From assembly GCA_963734535.1 (NCBI GenBank), contig CAVTHS010000014.1, positions 192,001 through 256,000 on the forward strand: 64,000 nt of DNA, in the 5' to 3' direction. Within the stretch, counting starts at the first letter, position 1, and the number at the start of each line of letters is the position of its first letter. This DNA is from an uncultured Chloroflexia bacterium. Lineage in GTDB: Bacteria > Chloroflexota > Limnocylindria > Limnocylindrales > CSP1-4. This document shows, piece by piece, positions 60,112 through 64,000 of this stretch. Below the pieces are notes generated by a model that saw only the letters and a list, made by a program, of their open reading frames with translations, did not search any database and had not been told where the DNA came from. The position numbers and the translations under genes were made by a program.

Positions 60112-60868
60112 ATGACACGCTCCATCGCCGTCGTAATCCCGGCGTTCGACGAGGAGGCGCGCCTCGGAGAGACACTGCGCGCCTGGCGGCATTCGGCCGT
60201 TCGCGGACCTGTCCCTGGCTGCGATCGTCGCCGACGACGGATCCTGGGACGGCACCGTCAACCTGGCAGAGCGAACCGCGCGCGAGGAGGCTCTGTCCCT
60301 GACCGTCCTGCGCCTCTCGCATTCCGGCAAGGCGGGCGCGGTGCGGGCCGGGATGCTTCACGCCGCGGGATCGACCGAGGTCGAGTACCTGCTGATGCTC
60401 GACGCGGACAACGAGATCGCGATCGACCACCTCGCGAACGTGACATGGTCCGACGACCCGTCGACGATCTACATCGGTCGACGAGTCGGATCGGTCGGCG
60501 ATCGCCCGGGTTCGCGGCCGCCGCCGATGCGGCGCCTGATGTCGTGGGGAATGCGGACGATGTCGCGCCTGTTGCTCGGCCTCCGGTTCACGGATTCGCA
60601 GTGCGGCTTCAAGCTCTTCCCACGGGACCTGGTCGGTGGCCTGTTCGGCCAGCAACGGTCACGCGGCTGGGTCTTCGATGCCGAGATCCTCGTGATCGCA
60701 GCGCGCTCTGGCATTCCGGTGGTCGAAGTGCCGGTCGTTTGGAGCCCGCGTGGCGTCAGTCGCGTTCGCGCAAGTGCAGCCATCGGGAGTGCCGTCCAGT
60801 TGTTGGCCATTGCGGGCCGGAAGGCGTCCGGTGCCTATCGGCCAGTCCGGCGTGCTTCCGGCCCGTGA
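60112..60868 (+). CDS. GT2 polyprenol-phosphate glycosyltransferase (frameshifted)
   Basis: VVIPAFDEEARL, DDGS.D, GKAGAVRAG, LDAD, DSQCGFKLF, FDAE. Confidence 0.85.
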
Positions 60869-60940
60869 ACGAGCACGGACGTCGGGCCGGCCTGGTCGCG
60901 TTTGTCAAGCGCCACGGCCGCCGGTGCTATCCTCCCGATC

Positions 60941-62194
60941 GTGACCCACGCAACTATCTCGGAGCCAGACGCTCCGTGTCCGGGGGCGCCAGCCGAGCCG
61001 ATCACGCTGATCGCTCCGGGCGCCCGAACCCGAACCCTCGCAGAACCGGCCGCTCGTCCGTCACTCCGGGCCGTCCACCGGCCCTTCGATGCCATCGCGC
61101 CGGCCACGTGGGACGCCCTGGTCAGCGCGACGCCGTGGGCCACGCCGTTCTCGCGATGGGGCGTCCAGCGCGCGTGGTGGGACGCGTACGGCGCGAACGC
61201 GCACGACCAGACCCTGGTCGTCGTGGACGACGCGGCGCCCGCCGAGGCCGAACCCCTGGCGATCGTCCCGCTCATGCACCGCCACGAGGTGGAGCCGGAC
61301 GACGCGATCCTCCGCACCCGGATGCGCGGGGCCGGGCACGCCGCCCCGCTGACGACCGTCGCGCCGGATCGCAAGGCCATCTTCTTCGGGGCCAGCTACC
61401 ACGCCGACTACGCGACGGTCCTGGCGCAGCCCGCGGACCTGCCCGCGGTCGCCCGCGCGGTCGCGGACGCCCTGGCTGCGGGCGCGACTCCGGGTGACGA
61501 ACACCCGGAACCCTGGGACGTCATCGACCTGCGACGGCTGCGCTGCGGCGACCCGGCGGCCGACGAGCTGGCGGTTGCATTCGGTTCGCACCTTGCCTCG
61601 GAGGGCTGGACGGTGGTCCGCGAGCGCGAGGAGGTGTGCCCCATCCTCGACCTCGCGCCCGGACTGGACTTCGAGGGCTACCTGGGCACGCTCGGCAAGA
61701 AGGAGCGTCACGAGGTCCGGCGCAAGATCCGGCGCGCCGAGGCCACCGGCGAGGTGCGCCTGGAGCGATCGACCGACCCGGTCGGCGACCTGGACGCGTT
61801 CGTGGACCTGCACCAGAAGAAGTGGGGCGCGGACGGGCTCTTCCCGCCGACGCCGGGAGGCGCCCAGAGCCGCGCCTTCTTCCGCGGCCTGTTCGAGCAC
61901 TGCGGCCCGGACGGCCTGATCGCGCTGCACTTCCTGACCGTCGGCGGCCGCCGGATCGCGGCCGGCGTCTGGTTCGACGACGGCGAGACGCTCTTCTTCT
62001 ACAACGCCGGCGTGGACCCGGACGCGCGCGACCTGTCGCCGGGCGTGCTCCTGGTCGCGCGATCGATCGAGATGGCGCTCCAGGCGGGCCGGTCGCGATT
62101 CGACTTCCTGCGCGGCGACGAGCCCTACAAGTACGGCTGGGGCGCCACGGACGTGCCAATCCAGCGCCTGCTCGTCGTGCGAACCGCTTCCTGA
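60941..62194 (+). CDS. CelD/BcsL-like GNAT acetyltransferase (Acetyltransf_6)
   Basis: TPFSRW..WW, ADY, KERHEVRRKIRR, YNAG.D..SPG, FDFLRGDEPYKY. Confidence 0.85.
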   Translation: MTHATISEPDAPCPGAPAEPITLIAPGARTRTLAEPAARPSLRAVHRPFDAIAPATWDALVSATPWATPFSRWGVQRAWWDAYGANAHDQTLVVVDDAAPAEAEPLAIVPLMHRHEVEPDDAILRTRMRGAGHAAPLTTVAPDRKAIFFGASYHADYATVLAQPADLPAVARAVADALAAGATPGDEHPEPWDVIDLRRLRCGDPAADELAVAFGSHLASEGWTVVREREEVCPILDLAPGLDFEGYLGTLGKKERHEVRRKIRRAEATGEVRLERSTDPVGDLDAFVDLHQKKWGADGLFPPTPGGAQSRAFFRGLFEHCGPDGLIALHFLTVGGRRIAAGVWFDDGETLFFYNAGVDPDARDLSPGVLLVARSIEMALQAGRSRFDFLRGDEPYKYGWGATDVPIQRLLVVRTAS

Positions 62195-62195
62195 G

Positions 62196-63407
62196 ATGGG
62201 CGCCCCGCTCCCCGACGAACCCTGCGTCGACCTGCCCGCCCGGCCACCGCTGCCGGGCGGCCGGCCCCTGCGCGTCGTCGAGGTGATGGCCACCGGCACG
62301 AACGGCGGCGCCCAGGAGCACGTCTACTCGCTGCTCTCGCGGATGGACCGCACCCGCTACGAGCCCAGCGTCGTCTCGCTCTCGCCGGGGAGCGCGGTCC
62401 GGGCGATCCAGCGACTGGGAGTCCCGGTCATGGTCTTCGACGAGCCGGACGACGCGATCGCGGTCGGCGCGCTCGCGACCCACCTCTCCGACGTCGGCGC
62501 CGAGATCGTGCACAACCACATGTACCGGGCCGAGCTGGTGGGGACGCGCGCGGCGATCGCCCTGGGCGAGGCCGGCCACCGCCGGCCGTGGGTCATCGGC
62601 ACCGTCCACTCCAGCCGGATCCGCGCGGCCGACGACCGCGAGGTCCTGCGCAACCTCACCCCGCGCATGAACCACCTGGTCGCCGTGAGCCGGGCGATCG
62701 TCCACAAGATCGCCGAGGAGCGACCGAGCGCCGTTCCGGTCTCCCTGGTCCACAACGGCGTGGACCTGGCCCGCTACGACCGGACCGAGGCGTGCTGCAC
62801 GCTCCCCGAGGAATACGGGTTGGAGCCCGGCGCCCAGATCGTGGGCGTCGTCGGGCGCCTGGAGCCGGAGAAGGGCCACCCCACCCTGATCGACGCGTGG
62901 CCCCTCGTCCTCCGGGCGGTCCCCGGTGCCTACCTGTTGATCGTCGGTGAGGGCAGCCGGCGCGAGGCGCTCGAGGACCAGGTGGCGGAGCTCGGGATCG
63001 GCTCGCGGGTCATCTTCACCGGTCGCCGCGACGACGTCCCCGCGGTGACCGCCGCGCTGGACGTCGCCGTGCTGCCCTCCTACCGCGAGGCGCAGGGCCT
63101 CACGATCCTCGAGGCGATGGCGCTCTCGCGCCCGGTCGTCGCGTCCAACGTCGGCGGGATCCCCGAGATGGTGGAGGACGGGCGGACCGGCCTCCTCGTG
63201 CCGCCCCACGATCCCGAGGCGCTGGCGGCCGCGATCACGCGGCTCCTCCTGGACCACCCCTTCGCCGACATGCTTGCCCGGGCAGGCCACGACCTGGTCC
63301 ACGAGCGCTTCTGCGTGGAGCTGATGGTGCGGGCGATCGAGGACCTCTACGACGAGGGCGCGGCGGCGATCCGAGAGCCGGTGCTCGAGGCGGTCGCCGC
63401 GGGCTGA
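62196..63407 (+). CDS. GT4 (GT-B) glycosyltransferase
   Basis: GGAQ, NGVD, VGRLEPEKG, EAQGLTILEAMA..PVVAS.VGG. Confidence 0.92.
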   Translation: MGAPLPDEPCVDLPARPPLPGGRPLRVVEVMATGTNGGAQEHVYSLLSRMDRTRYEPSVVSLSPGSAVRAIQRLGVPVMVFDEPDDAIAVGALATHLSDVGAEIVHNHMYRAELVGTRAAIALGEAGHRRPWVIGTVHSSRIRAADDREVLRNLTPRMNHLVAVSRAIVHKIAEERPSAVPVSLVHNGVDLARYDRTEACCTLPEEYGLEPGAQIVGVVGRLEPEKGHPTLIDAWPLVLRAVPGAYLLIVGEGSRREALEDQVAELGIGSRVIFTGRRDDVPAVTAALDVAVLPSYREAQGLTILEAMALSRPVVASNVGGIPEMVEDGRTGLLVPPHDPEALAAAITRLLLDHPFADMLARAGHDLVHERFCVELMVRAIEDLYDEGAAAIREPVLEAVAAG

Positions 63408-63496
63408 TCCGGAGCGCTGCCCGGCCGTCTCGGGACCGACTCGGTCAGGACGATCGGGTGGTCGGCGGCCGGCCTCGCCCGCGTAGACTTCGGGCC

Positions 63497-64000
63497 ATGG
63501 AGCGCACCGCGGCGCCGCGCAGGACGGCCCGACCGGCGCGCGCCCGCTGGCTCTCGCTCGGCCTGTTCGCGCTGGCGGTCGTCGGGGCCCTTGCCGGGGC
63601 TCTATGTGCTTCTGGCTTCACCTGACGACCGATCCGCTCACCGACGTCCACGCCTACTACGAGGCGGCCGCGCGCCTGAACGCCGGGCCAGCCGCTCTAT
63701 CCGCCCGGCCAGGACGTGGACGCCCCCGCGCGTACCTCTACCCACCGCTCCTCGCGATCCTGTTCCGCCCGCTCGCACTCCTTCCGTTCGATGCCGCGGC
63801 TGCGATCTGGGAGGTCGTCGTCGTCGCGAGCTTCGTGGCGACGGTCTGGCGTATCGGGCTCCGGCGCCGCGAGACGTGGCTCGCGCTCGGCATCCTCGCG
63901 CTCCCGATCGCGTGGTGTCTCGCGATCGGCCAGGCGCAGGTCCTGTTGACGCTGCTTCACGGCGATCGGCAGCCCCGTGGTCGATCGCCCTCGCCGCCAA
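63497..64000 (+). CDS. GT87/DUF2029-like membrane glycosyltransferase (partial, frameshifted)
   Basis: Manual reading: TDVHAYYEAAARLNAG, YLYPPLLAILFRPL, IGQAQ. Confidence 0.75.

Overview
Very GC-rich bacterial chromosomal window. Gene content and the lack of a Tad secretin suggest a monoderm Chloroflexota-like organism (inference). Many single-base frameshifts look like long-read indel errors. Layout: 1-7.6 kb (-) parA-parB-gyrB-thioesterase-AlkD-like-gyrA, with a parS site at 7743-7758. 8-35 kb (+) housekeeping block: mreD-mrdA-rodA, DUF2344, ABC exporter, rplU-rpmA-rpmE, DUF1385, prfA-prmC, HAD, glyA, WecA/MraY-like, K+ channel, complete atp operon, murA with Cys->Asp, mreB, PHP, flippase-like, XRE. 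36-51 kb (-) ArnT-like GT, nfo, hpf, comF, DUF192 and a Tad/Flp pilus locus with four tandem Flp pilins, preceded by a DegS-like kinase / NarL regulator / DegS-like pseudokinase triad. 51-64 kb dense cluster of GT-C membrane glycosyltransferases, GT2, GT4 and a GNAT, many apparently leaderless. Best candidate for an undescribed system is the pilin-array control module. Its regulator carries an N-terminal YxGPDRR (Cle-type c-di-GMP-binding-like) repeat, one kinase lacks its ATP-binding boxes, and three pilin promoters share an identically spaced NarL/DosR-like box. No rRNA, tRNA, CRISPR array or mobile element was recognised.
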